Of a stretch of DNA of 64,000 nt, positions 26,815-38,336 are shown piece after piece; position 1 is the first letter of the stretch; each line of letters begins with the position of its first letter. The position numbers were made by a program, and so were the translations under genes. The notes below the pieces were generated by a model. That model saw only the letters and a program-made list of their open reading frames with translations. It was not told where the DNA came from and made no database searches. The stretch covers positions 2,232,001-2,296,000 of the forward strand of contig OZ231126.1 of assembly GCA_965153355.1 (NCBI GenBank). Direction: 5' to 3'. This DNA comes from Flaccisagitta enflata. Taxonomy: Eukaryota.

Positions 26815-28316
26815 TCGCGGACACGCGACTCTACATCTTGCTGTGTCGGTCGGTAGGTCGGTACGTCGGTAGGTCCCAAATATTTCTGAATTGCGAGCGG
26901 TAAGAGGCTTTGTCCGTCCGTCGGTCCGTTGGTCCGTCGGTCCGTTGGATCCGTTGGTGCGTAATGATCGAGTTGAAAAGTGTGAAAACGCGCATTTCCG
27001 CCCCTGCCCGCCCGTCCGCAACTGGTGGCCGTGTATCCGGCCTTGTTGCATTAAAGCCTCTGCCCAACCGTCCGCGACTGTCTTGCCGTGTATTCGGCCT
27101 TCTTTTATAATACTTTGATCATATTTTGTACAAGCAAGAAGCTCTGAGCCATTTTAAACGTGACTATTCAATCAAATCTTATCCAATCAAAAAATACAGT
27201 AGTTGTCGTCTAGACTTGGGAATATGGGGAAATTCATATTGAGAATCCAAATAACTATAAAGGGATGATATTTGGATTATAAACTAATAAAAGGATGCTT
27301 TATTGATGATGGGTGTTGGTTGCCATGGAAACAATATGTTCTGTAAGAATGTCACTCATTTAGCCGTTGCTAGGGAACGTACCTATGTTTGACAGCCCTT
27401 TGATGCTCCCTAGCAACCGCTAAACAAGCAATATTCTTACAGAACATATTGTGGGAAAGTTGTAGAAAATTTAATGTTAAGCAATGTTCCCTCAAAGAAT
27501 TTCTCAAAAAGTTAATATTTTAGCGAGAAAACATGGAAATGTGTTTCCTTAGCAATAGAGTTTACCTATAGGCTTTTTTATCCGCCACCTCTACCGGAAG
27601 TGGCAGACGAGACGCAAAAACGTATTTGGCGCCAAAATGAGTTTCCCATTGGCGTTTTTCAGGTTTTTCACTTAGCAATGAAGGAGTAGTAATATTTAGG
27701 GAATTCATAGTGGATTTTCTGTAATCATTTCAAAAATTTGATAAAAATTTCCAGAACGTTATTGCTAGCATTAAAAGATTATTTTCATTTCTTATTTTTT
27801 TTTTTCATCAGTTTTCACATTTTATATTTCATGATTCACTTTTGATTTTTTACTTTTCACTTTTCACTTTTTACTTTTCACTTTTCACTTTTCACTTTTT
27901 ATTTTCATTTTTCAATTTTTAATTTTCACTTTTCATTTTTTTTTTCATTCTTCATTCTTTATTTTTCACTTTTCATTAGTTTTTGTTTGTTTTTTTATTA
28001 CATGTTTCATTTTTTTTATTTTATTCATTACCTTTTATGAATTTTTACTTTTCAGTGCACCATAATTTTAATAATTCTGTTGTCACTTTTTTTTATCTAT
28101 TTCATTTATATTTAATGTTTTTTACTTTTATTTTGTTAATCAAATTCTTTATAATTATTTCATTAATTATATTTCATGGTTGTAAATATTTCACCAGTAG
28201 ATTTGTTTTGATAAAACAGAAAATAAAGTAAGATAAATGATCGATGATTCTCCCTCATGCTTATATCAAGATTGTATCATCCCAAAAGAAATGCTGAAAT
28301 GAGTCTGTTTGTGAGT

Positions 28317-28357
<41 letters not shown>

Positions 28358-28469
28358 ACAACAAAGAAAAAATATCAAAGGACCCATAGACAAGTGGCAA
28401 GAAAAAAATCAAATAGCCAATCATATTTTCATGAATTGTCTTTTATTCTGTTCAAGTCTCGATCTTGGT

Positions 28470-31400
28470 ATATATGACGTTTATTCACACAAAAAGTGTA
28501 GTAGTACACAATAATAGGGCGAAAAACAGAAAGAAGGAATGACAATGGATTGAGCTAATCTAGAGAGAAAAGAAAAAAAAATGAAAATACAGATGAGAGA
28601 TAGACGAGTTAAGCGGGAGAGTTTAGCAAAATGCTCTCACAAGATTGTCACTGTTGCAAGCTCTTGCTCGATGGATGAAGCCATTGGCGCGTTTGTCGAC
28701 TAGCTCCTCCCAGGTGGGACGGCTGAGTGAGTGCTGAAGGTTGGTGACACTTTCGAAGTATCGATACCCAAAAAGTTTTCGGAAAATGGAGTTGTAAGCA
28801 ACTCTAAGAGAGCGATTTTCGTCCCTGTCCAAAACGCGAACAACTTCCATCCCGTAGGTGAGAAGCGGGACGCAGTGAGTCTCTATGAGCTGTAGCAGAA
28901 CCATGTCGTCTGATCGTCCATCAACGCGCAGAATGGAGTTAAGTGAACGATAAAATGATTTCACTCTTTCAGTGACAGAACAATCGATCTCCGACCGCTC
29001 TTTGGAAATACACCGAGATATTTCCATGTGGTCACCCAATCAATCGGCATGCCATTGAGTGTAGGCTGAAATTTAATGTCAACTGGCTTCCCATAGACCA
29101 TGTTTTTTGTCTTTTTGGCGTTGAGGCAGATATCCCAATCACTACAAAACGAGCTGCATGAGTCCAAAAGTCTTTGCAGGCCTTTCAGTGATGGGGCCAG
29201 GATGCAAATGTCATCCGCATAGAATAGCGCTGCGGCAAAAATGTTTGTCACGAAACAGCCAACGCCGCTCGATTGAAGAATCCGAATCAATTCATCGACG
29301 TAAATGTTATACAAGTTGGGAGAAAGCACACCGCCTTGTCTAACCCCAGCAGTGACATTAAACCATGACCCCAGATGGCCATCCCATTTCACGCGGCATT
29401 GAAGACCTTGATACCATGTAATCAAAATGTCTAAAAAGCATTTTGGAATGTTTCGATCCATCAGTTTGATGAATAGACCCGAGTGCACGAGTCTATCAAA
29501 TGCCTTGGAGGCATCGAGAAATGAACAGTAGACTCGGCTACCATGGTCAACATAATAATTGATCGTCTCACGTAAGCAGTAAAGAGCGTGGCTAGTGGAC
29601 AACTTACGCTTGAAACCAAATTGGTATGATGACGTTTTTAGGTTTTCCGCGAATTTTTCACGTAGAATCAACTCAAAAACTTTAGAGGTCATCGGAGAGA
29701 TTGTGATACCTCTGTAGTTTGAAGTGTCGCTGCTGTTGCCATTCCTATCCTTGATGATCGGGATGATTGTGCCAAAACGGAATTGTTTAGGGACAAACAA
29801 ATGCTTGAGCATATAATTGAATAGTGTTGTAAGTCTCAGCATCAAGATCAATGGTGCATTTTGAAAGTGTTCTGCATGTAAGCCATCGTCGTCAGAGCAC
29901 TTGCCAGGATTCATACCACAGATGGCATCAATGGTGTCATTCAGTGTGATGGAAAATTTGTCACAATCACAGCCTTGGCTATGTAACCGGGAGAATTCCT
30001 CGTAACAGTCATGAAACTGCGAGTCTAAAGAAGAAACTTTACTTTGGTTGTTTGGCTCGCTGTTTTTTTTGAAAGCGGTTTGAAAGGCTAATGCAATTCC
30101 TTCTTTTGAAGTCTGGCCGTCAACAACTGGTGCAAAATTGCTTTTGTCTTTGCTGTAAATGGCACGCCACCACTTCCAAAAAGAAGCAGAGTCTTGGTCA
30201 GTCATGGCGCAGTGCAATCGATTCCAAGCCAATTGATTGGGGACTTTTTTTGCTCGGCGAATCTCACACTTATACATTGCTCTGACGCGTAATCTCTCTT
30301 TGCAAGTAGGACCACTGCAAGGGCGACCTTCATTAATCCAGAGGGTTTGAATTGCCATGGACTGATTTCGCAGCTGTGTAAGAGTCGGTGTCCACCAGTC
30401 TTTTTCAACTCCAGCTGCTTTCCTTGGTAAGCAATTGGACGCCTCCCTGATGGAAGAGATGATATCGTCATACTCCCTTTGCATACTGTCTTTGCACAAT
30501 TCGTTGGTACAGCCACAGCCAATAGAGCATTGACTGACAGGTAGTAACGTTTGCCGTCGCAGCAAATTTTGCTCCAGTGCAGACGCGTAGCGTGAAATGT
30601 CCGCCGTGCTCAGTTTTTTCCAATTGACTGAGTTAGAACTATGGGGTTTATTTCTTATTTGATCTGCCGACTGAATCTGAAGCCGAATGCTCATCAGAAG
30701 AGGAAGATGATCAGAACAGTTATCACCTTCATCGAGTATGCGGTGATTATGAATGCTGCTGTCAAGGAGAGATTGACTCACAATAAAGTGATCGTTGAAT
30801 TTCTTTTGGTCGAGTGAATCATGACAGTATGTGTAGGATGGAGAAGAAATAAAACTGTCGCAATATGCAAACGAGTTTTTAGACATTAACTCTCCCCACA
30901 GTGGATCAAACGGAGACTCTCCTCTTAATTCAGTGTTAAGATCGCCTCCTATTACAATTTCATGATGAGGATGGTCCTCTATGAGTAGATCAAGCATTGA
31001 AATTGCGTCTATGGTTTCATTCATACACTGATCCCGTTTACTGGCATTGAAAAACGGCATGTAAGCGGAGATGAAAAGAATGTTTCAATTTGACGTTTTC
31101 ATTTCGATAGCAACTATGCGTTTGTGTTTGTAGTTGGTAACCGGCGTGATGAGATGGTTGAGGTCTGGTGACCAACAAATGGCAACGCCACCAAAAGGAC
31201 GACCACGGTAGATGCCAGAGGAGATGGCATCTTCCATGCCACTGCATGCAACATACTGAGTTTTAAGCTGCTGAAGTTTAGTCAGTTGCTGATCACTCAG
31301 CCAATGTTCTTGCAGCATCCAAATACCCTTATGCATGTGAACGCAGTCTTTAACGTAATTTGAAGATGTGGAAAATCCATGCAAATTGAAAGATGCGACA

Positions 31401-31640
31401 GTTACATCTTTATCACAAGAAGCTGACGCAGCGAAGATAATGGCAGCGAGAATGAGATGGAACACAGCTCTACAATGAGCCATTTTCGCCGCCAGTGGTG
31501 ACATTGGGTTTGGATCTCTTTTTGTTAACCCAATCCGCGACTCTGATATGTTGAGGCCAGATGAGAGGTGATTTGGCCCTTTCACTGTGCTCACGGGCAA
31601 CTCGCACTTTGGCCGCTTTTGTGCCCTGGGTCTGTCTGTC
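28470..31640 (-). mobile_element. Non-LTR retrotransposon (LINE, APE+RT; RTE-X/CR1-L2-like group, clade not certain), single ORF
   Basis: ORF2 motifs listed in the next feature; 3' UTR ends in GTGAATAAA near 28480; no ORF1 seen upstream. Confidence 0.9.
28623..31483 (-). pseudogene. LINE ORF2: apurinic-like endonuclease plus reverse transcriptase, with one in-frame TGA (31085-31087) and one -1 frameshift (~28988)
   Basis: APE motifs SFNLHG, LQEHW, GGVAI, GGDLN, DHF, SDHLP; RT motifs NYRGITI, QFGFK, FLDASKAFD, GVRQGGVLSP, YADD, KYLGV. Confidence 0.95.
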
Positions 31641-31642
31641 AG

Positions 31643-31695
<53 letters not shown>

Positions 31696-32862
31696 GAAAC
31701 AAAACAGAGATATCACGGTGATGGCCATGCTCTTAATAATCCTTATCCATAAATAAAAAGTAACAAAATTTCTATTTTATTTTATAATACTGACGAAAAG
31801 CAAATGAGAACATTTGAATGAAAAAACACCACCATGTTTTGCTCAAGTAATTTCCTAAAGAGTCAACAATGCATCGCAGGCACTGGGACACTCATTTCAT
31901 GATAAAAAATAGTTGTAATTGTAATACTACTAAAAAAAACGTTAAAAAGCGTTTTTTAGGCTAAAAACTCCACTTATACGCAACCTACTATGCATATAAT
32001 CTCAATTATACTTCCGTTATATGCCACTAGATGATTTTGTTTGAAACTCCAAACTCTACTTAGCAACCAACACCTATCGTCAATAAAGCATCCTTTTATT
32101 AGTTTATATGCCAAATATCAGTTGATTATGTTTACTTGTTTTCCTGATATGAATTCCCCTGTTTTTCCTTGTCTACATCTACTGTAGCAGATGAAAAAAT
32201 GAGTCCTGATCATTGTCAAGGCCTTTTGTAATTTCATCATCTAATATTTAGCTAATAAGTATATCAACATCTGGAAAGAAGCATCAACTAAATAAACGAG
32301 ACCGGATACATGGCAATCCAGTCGCAGATGGTTGGGCAGGAGCATTAATGCAAATACCGCTCGGAATTAAAAAATGTGACGTACCAACATACCGATGTAC
32401 CAACGTACCGACGTACCAACGTACCAACCGTCAAGGCAAGGTGTAGAGTCGCGTGTCCGCGACTGAAAAAGCTACAATTAGCTAATCAAAATCATTAAAA
32501 TGCGACGAGAATGGGGCCTGAGCATGATCTGTTAAGGAGCTATTCCAAAATCCACGCTTTGTTCCAGATGATGATATACAGTACAGCTCTTAAGTAAGTT
32601 TCAGGTATGTTCTTTGCTGAGGTGTATTTGGGTGAAAAATACAAAAATTTATCACAGAACCAAAGAGCTTTGAAAGTGAGAAATTTGCCACCAAGCACCA
32701 TCAAATCAGTTGAACGGTTTAGAATTTGTGAAAGTTAAAAGTTAAAAGTTGATGTTTTTAAAATGAGCTGGGAAAATGCTTCTTTTTCTGGATGTTTTTC
32801 GTCTATACTACCATGTATATTCATATATTTGGGTTACAGTTAGAATCAATATGACATTTCAG

Positions 32863-33009
32863 GGCTCACCAAGCAACAGTCTTGACCCCAACAATATCAG
32901 AAACCACCAGGAGCTTGTTGAAATAAAAACAACAAACATTAATCAGTTATTACTGAAATTTGAAAGATTTGTGAAGAATTTGGAGGATGATATTCAAAGA
33001 ATAACCTAG
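32863..33009 (+). other. Exon-like terminal coding segment (GSPSNSLD...FVKNLEDDIQRIT*)
   Basis: TTTCAG acceptor, open amphipathic/coiled-coil-like frame in non-repetitive DNA; no homology recognised. Confidence 0.25.
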
Positions 33010-33052
33010 TAGCTTGTTAATATCAATGCTGCGCCATATGGCGCTTCCGATA

Positions 33053-34402
33053 CAGTAGATGTCGTCTAGAATTGGAATTACGGGGGAATTTATATCAATA
33101 AAACAAGTAAACATAAACGACTGATATATGGAATATAAACTAACAAAAGGAAGCTTTATTGACGATGGGTGTTGGTTGCTATAGAAACAGATTCCATGTT
33201 TTCCCACTAAAATATCAATATTTTGAGAATTCTTTTGAGGGAACATTGCTTAAAATTAAATTTGCTACAACTGTCTTACAATATATCATGTATGAATATC
33301 GCTCATTTTGCAGGTTAATGGGGAGCATCACAGGGCTGTCACACATAGTTACGCTCCCTAGCAATGGCTAAACGAGCAATATTCATACAGAACATATTGT
33401 GGGAAGTTGTAACAAATTCAATTTTAAGCAATGTTCCCTTAGAAAATTGTCTCAAAATAGTGATACTTTAACGGGAATACATGGAAATGTGTTTCTATGG
33501 CAATCAACACCCATCGTCAATAAAGTATCCCTATACCAATAAATGCGGCTCTCGCCGTAAGAAAAAAGTCGTAAGTGGGAGGTTTTGGAATGTCTTGTGA
33601 ATGTTTTGTCTGGTTGATTGCTTTTTTTTTCTCTGGGCATCTTTTCGGTTTGTTCCACTCTCTACATGTGTTTCTCTGTTTGTTCTTTGTTTGCCCGTCT
33701 CTTTCTCTCTTTCTCTCTCCCATTCTCATTTCCTCTCTCCCAATCTCTCTCTATCTCTCTCCCCTTCCCTCAAGTAACACGGGGTTACAATATTGTTGCG
33801 GACAGGTGAACAGGCATCCAACCCCCATCCACACCCCAACCTCAACCCCCACATAAGCATCTAGACGGCTCAGACGGACAGACGGACCAACAGACCAATG
33901 GATGGACTGACGGACAAAGCCTCTCATAGCGTCCAGAGTTGAAATGAGAGAGAGACTGTGCTGCCAGGATGCACAATCATCACCTGGAACATTTCAAAGT
34001 TCATATAGACTTCAACTGACTCGATTTCTCGTTTTTGGGGGAAATGCAAAAAATGCAAAAAAATGCGAAAAAATATAAAAAAATTTTAAAAAATCATAGC
34101 TCCAAAACTATCAATCGCACAGAATTCTGCTTGGCGTCATCTGAAAGAGGAGAATTAGCTCTTTCTTAGCTATTAGTTTTATGCGTAGTCTAATTCTGCC
34201 CCCAAAATGCACCAACTTGCTCAAGCGCTTCATAAAACAAAGGGATATTCGTTTTTCTCTGCAGGACTCAAAAAGACCGAAGGGACTTCGTCTCTTCGAC
34301 TTTTTTTCAAATTAGTTTATATTCCAAATATCATCTCTTCATATGCATTTGTCTTCTCAATAAAAATTCCCCCGTATTTCCAAGTCTAGACGACATCTAC
34401 TG
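33053..34402. mobile_element. Foldback MITE (TA TSD) with a family C insert
   Basis: TA|CAGTAGATGTCGTCTAGA ... TCTAGACGACATCTACTG|TA; inner arms ~33150-33290 and ~33390-33530 are inverted. Partial copy at ~5042-5283. Confidence 0.85.
33533..34308 (+). mobile_element. Family C Helentron-like non-autonomous element
   Basis: Starts ATACCAATAAATGCGGCTCTCGCCG..AAAAAAGTCG and ends with a hairpin plus CGACTTTTTT (inverted subterminal repeat). Same head at 40299, ~41610 and reversed at ~62727-62768. Confidence 0.55.
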
Positions 34403-34818
34403 TATGTATTTTGAAGGTTTTATCAAGTAATAGTGGTTAATAGTGGGCAAAAAAAAAAAGAAAACTTAATGATATTTACTACTACCTAAGACTTGTTTTC
34501 ACGTTGCACTATATTTATGAGCTTGATGGTAAGTTATGCACTTATGAAGGGACCGTCACAATCATTGATAGACCGACTAATGGGGCTACATTTTCATTAA
34601 CCAATTTACCAACCAACCTACCAAACTGCCTCCCGGCTAATCCTTCCATCAACTCTTCAATTGCAATGTTACATGTGGAATTACTTCTAAATTTTCTAAA
34701 CTTCTAAATGACATGAAATATGCCAATTATTTAGGAGAAGATGAGGAGCTCCTTAGTAACATCCAGATATCATGATATCCCTCAAAATATCTAATATTAG
34801 TCAAACTTCCTCCCTGCG

Positions 34819-34922
34819 TATAAATACACAATTTTTTACGAACAGATTCATTTGCATTTGCAGGCGTATTCTCTACAAACGTGATACTCTTATTTTATAC
34901 TCGTAATTGACCCGTTTTATTG
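34819..34922 (+). promoter_or_regulatory. Candidate core promoter (TATA + Inr) and short non-coding first exon
   Basis: TATAAATA at 34819; TCATTT initiator with +1 A at 34850 (31 nt from the TATA start); GTAAGT donor at 34923. Confidence 0.45.
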
Positions 34923-35351
34923 GTAAGTAAACGAGGCCGGATTCACGGCTACCCAAGTCGCGCGCGGTCTGGTAGGGGTAGTGATAGGAATAGCTAACCA
35001 TGCATTTGGGCAGGAAACAAACGCCGACAAACACACAAAAAAAAAAACTAAGAGTTACCGACCATCCAACCTACAGACCAAGCGGGTGGTAGAGTCGCAT
35101 GCACGCGACTAAATCAAACTTGTTTGGATCGTGGGTCATCACGCACATGATTTACAGGAATTGACCAACGTACTATGCTCTGAGAGCACATCACCTTGGG
35201 ATAATGAAAATTATGCAATATGCATGCATATTTGGCTGATACTTGAGTGTGAAACTGGTGTTGTTTGTTATAGTGATTGAGAATATATATGGTTTCATCC
35301 GCTTTCCGACTCATTCGATGAGCAGCGGCTCCAAAGGAGTCGATGACCTAT

Positions 35352-35827
35352 CAGTCAGTGGACAAAACAAAATAGGTAGAGAGCTCACTCTGTTAGCTTT
35401 GATCCAACCTTTTGTTATTAAACAGCAGACTGTAAACAACAATTGGTTGTGAAAATGTGTTATCTTACAAAGTCGGCAAAAATCTAACCTAAATAGATGA
35501 AATTCTGAGAAGTTTGACATGTCACACATAAAACTTTTTATAAGAAATAACTTTTTAACATTGCATTATAACTTTATTAACATTGATAAAAAAAATCTTA
35601 TTTTCATATAAAAGTATATGTTGTGACATATCAAACTTGTTAGAATTTCACCAGGATTATGAATTTGCAGGTCTCATTCTATTTGGATTTTTGCCAACTT
35701 TGTAGCATGACAGCTGGCTGTAATTTTTGCAACCAGTTGTTGTTAACAGCCTGCTGTTTGATAACAGTAGGTTGGATCAAAGCCAACAGAGTGAGCTCTC
35801 TACCTATTTTGTTTTGTCCACTGACTG
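35352..35827. mobile_element. Foldback MITE, CAGTC termini, 4-bp TSD CTAT, inserted in a family B end
   Basis: CTAT|CAGTCAGTGGACAAAAC ... GTTTTGTCCACTGACTG|CTAT; inverted arms ~180 bp. Confidence 0.9.
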
Positions 35828-36576
35828 CTATGGCCTATGCTTCCACACATATGGAGAATTTTCTCCTCCTTCTCCTTCTCCTCCTTCTCCTCCTTCTTCT
35901 CCGCCCCCCCCATTTTATCAAATTCCTCCAAATTTTGTCAAATAATGCCCATTTCTGCCAAATTATGCCATATCCTGCCAAATTATACCATATTTTGCCC
36001 TATTCTGCCAAATTCTATCAAATTCTGACAATTTCTACCAAATTTTCCCAAATTCAGCCAAATTCTGCCGAGGAGAAGGAGGAGGAAGAAATATTCCCCA
36101 TATGTGTGTAAGCATAGCTCATCGACCTTTTCAGGGCCGCTGCCCTGCACCCTCTCAATCATAATCACAAACTACTCCAGCAGGGCACGCGTACCGCTGA
36201 CCATCGGACGCTTTTGCGACTATTAATTTCGACCATTAGTATCTAAATCCTATCATGCAAGGAATCAAAAATGATACTTAAAATTCTCAGATATATTCTA
36301 TATTTCTGAATAAGTTCAAAGATGGACTGAATATGACAAATTGAACAATATCTCTCACTATACCTAAACTGAAATTCATGGAAGAGGGCCTTATGAGCCC
36401 TCACTGCCTAGTGGCTACGCGCATCACTCCTACTAGTTTTCACTGACGAGAAGATTGACATTCGTTGACGATCAAGGTTTAGGGTCGCGTGCTTAAAGGC
36501 TTGATTTGAGATTGTCCACTTTTGATTTGAGGGAAAGTGAGTTGTTATCACACCATCATATTCAGGGGAGAAGAAG

Positions 36577-36849
36577 ATGCAGGAAATGCATTTACTCGTG
36601 GCATGCCTTATTTTGACGATGGCTCCATCGGTCCTGACTGAATCTTGCGATTGCGAACGGATCTCTGATGGTTGCAGGATCGTCTCGCCCGCTCCTGAGG
36701 GTTACTGTTGCAAGTGCAGTAAGACCTTCATGGAGGAATGCGATGGCACCGCAATTAAATGTAGCGAAGGCGAAAACTGTCCTGGTCGCTGCGCAACCTA
36801 CAATTGCTGCGTAAGATGTGGTGGAAACTGTGACGGGTACTCAAAGTAA
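36577..36849 (+). CDS. Small secreted cysteine-rich protein (signal peptide plus 14-Cys mature domain)
   Basis: Intact 90-aa ORF; hydrophobic leader MHLLVACLILTMAPSVLT; 14 Cys in ~68 aa; TTCAG acceptor at 36565 just upstream; AATAAA at 36868. Confidence 0.8.
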   Translation: MQEMHLLVACLILTMAPSVLTESCDCERISDGCRIVSPAPEGYCCKCSKTFMEECDGTAIKCSEGENCPGRCATYNCCVRCGGNCDGYSK

Positions 36850-37141
36850 GTTTGCTACAAAAACTGAAATAAACCCTGACTTTAGATTAAATCAACTTAG
36901 TACGTATTCTATCTGTAACAAGGCCGGATACACGGCCACCAGTTGCGGACGGGTGGGCAGGAGCGGAAATGCGCGTTTTCACACAACGGACCGACCAACG
37001 GACCGACCAACGGACCGACGGACGGACAAAGCCACTTTTAGAGTTGCGTGTCCGCAACTAAAAAAGACGAAGAAAGCTTTCTGCTATTTGAGACTTGCGG
37101 AGAATTTTGTATTTCCTTCTTGGGCAATTTTGTATTTCTGC

Positions 37142-37850
37142 GCGGCGGCCCCGAAGAGAACGAAGTCCTATAGAACACAGGGGAACTTTTGTCCGTTCGT
37201 TCATGCGTTTGTCCGTTCGTTCGTGTGTGCGCCCCCCTATCTCAAAACAACCATCTCGAGATGAGGCCTCAATTTTCTTCAATTCCCTTGTTATTCAATG
37301 AGAATTTTTGCGTTTATTTTTTCAATTTTTTGTCAATTTCCCATAATATACAATGGAAATTTTTACATTTTCCCATTATTTTTGTAAATTTTCCATGCTA
37401 TTCAATGATAATTTTGGCAATATGTGGTCAGCGATACCCGTTGCCCTGCTTTGTATACTCTGATGTTAAGTAAAGGGAAGCAGGGTGGTAGCAGCAGAGA
37501 GGCTGATTTGCGGGGCCTAAGGGCTGATTTGAGGTCCATGACAGCTGACTGGAGGCTAGAGGGGGCTGGTTGGAGATCAGATTAGGCTTGACAAGGCTGA
37601 TTCCAGGGCTGACAGGGCCGCTTGGGCCTAAGAGAGCTGATTTGATGCCTGACTGGAAGCTTAAGAGGGCTGACTTGGGTCCTGAGGGATCAGATTGTTT
37701 ATGTGGGCTGATGAGGCTTGAGGGGGCTGATTCCAGAGTTAAGGGATGAGATTAGGCTTGAGAGGGCACTAACGGACAAACGGACGAACTGTCCCCCTGT
37801 GTTCTACAGGACTTAGTCCCCTTTGGGGCCGCTGCCAGAAAAGGTTCGCC
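37142..37850 (+). mobile_element. Family B element(s), subtype B2
   Basis: GCGGCCCCGAAG..GTCCTATAGAACACAGGGG and inverted CCCCTGTGTTCTACAGGAC..GGGGCCGCTGCC, with 21-bp core repeats. Other B2 copies at ~4090-4512 and 43380-44085. Confidence 0.65.
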
Positions 37851-38023
37851 AAGCATTTGGGCGGGAGCGTTAATGCAAAATCGCCAATAAACGTCCAAAA
37901 AAGCAAAGTGTTACGGACGGACCAACCAACGGATCAACCGACAGACAAGTGACATGGCGGGCTATAGAGTCGCGTGCACGCCACTAAAAAAAACTTAGAA
38001 TTTGTTTTTCTTTCTAATGACAG

Positions 38024-38169
38024 GGATGTTGCAACAACCAGCGATTTTTGGCGTGCGGTGTACTACACACAAGCAGGTTTGGCAATCGCACAAGCGAGTT
38101 TGGCAATCCTTTCAGTTGCTGCCGGTGGATTCTCGACTGCGTCAACCTCTCCCGGAAATGGAAATGAAG
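38024..38169 (+). CDS. Internal coding exon encoding a hydrophobic (transmembrane/anchor-like) segment
   Basis: Pyrimidine tract plus CTAAT branch-like motif and CAG acceptor (38021-38023); open frame DVATTSDFWRAVYYTQAGLAIAQASLAILSVAAGGFST...; GT donor at 38170. Confidence 0.5.
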
Positions 38170-38172
38170 GTA

Positions 38173-38336
38173 TAGTTGAACCCCGCTCCAACGAACCCGC
38201 TTTTAACGGAATTCCGCCTGTAACAGATACTAATTTTTGGTCCCTTTAACCAGTTTATGTTGGCTATAACAGAATTCCGCCTATAACAGACAAAATTTGT
38301 TAGTCCTTTAAAATCAGTTGGAGCGGGATTCAACTG
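38173..38336. mobile_element. pogo/Tigger-like MITE (TA TSD)
   Basis: TA|TAGTTGAACCCCGCTCCAAC ... GTTGGAGCGGGATTCAACTG|TA. Confidence 0.8.

Larger units (their letters stand above)
27556..32058. mobile_element. hAT-type non-autonomous element (8-bp TSD CTTAGCAA) carrying the LINE
   Basis: CTTAGCAA|TAGAGTTT ... AAACTCTA|CTTAGCAA: perfect 8-bp TSD and 8-bp TIR with TAG ends. Confidence 0.8.
27197..32184. mobile_element. Foldback MITE (CAGTAGATGTCGTCTAGAC family, TA TSD) split by a 4.5-kb insertion
   Basis: TA|CAGTAGTTGTCGTCTAGAC at 27197 and ACATCTACTG|TA at 32184; the halves rejoin to match the copy at 33053-34402. Confidence 0.75.

Noticed and set aside
31500-31530. 2A-like ribosome-skipping peptide upstream of the LINE endonuclease
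   Set aside because: KRDPNPMSP does not fit D-x-E-x-NPGP.
28319-31694. LINE specifically targeting a (TC)n microsatellite
   Set aside because: TC runs flank both sides, but the LINE 3' end (AATAAA near 28480) lies ~120 bp from the left run and no TSD was found.
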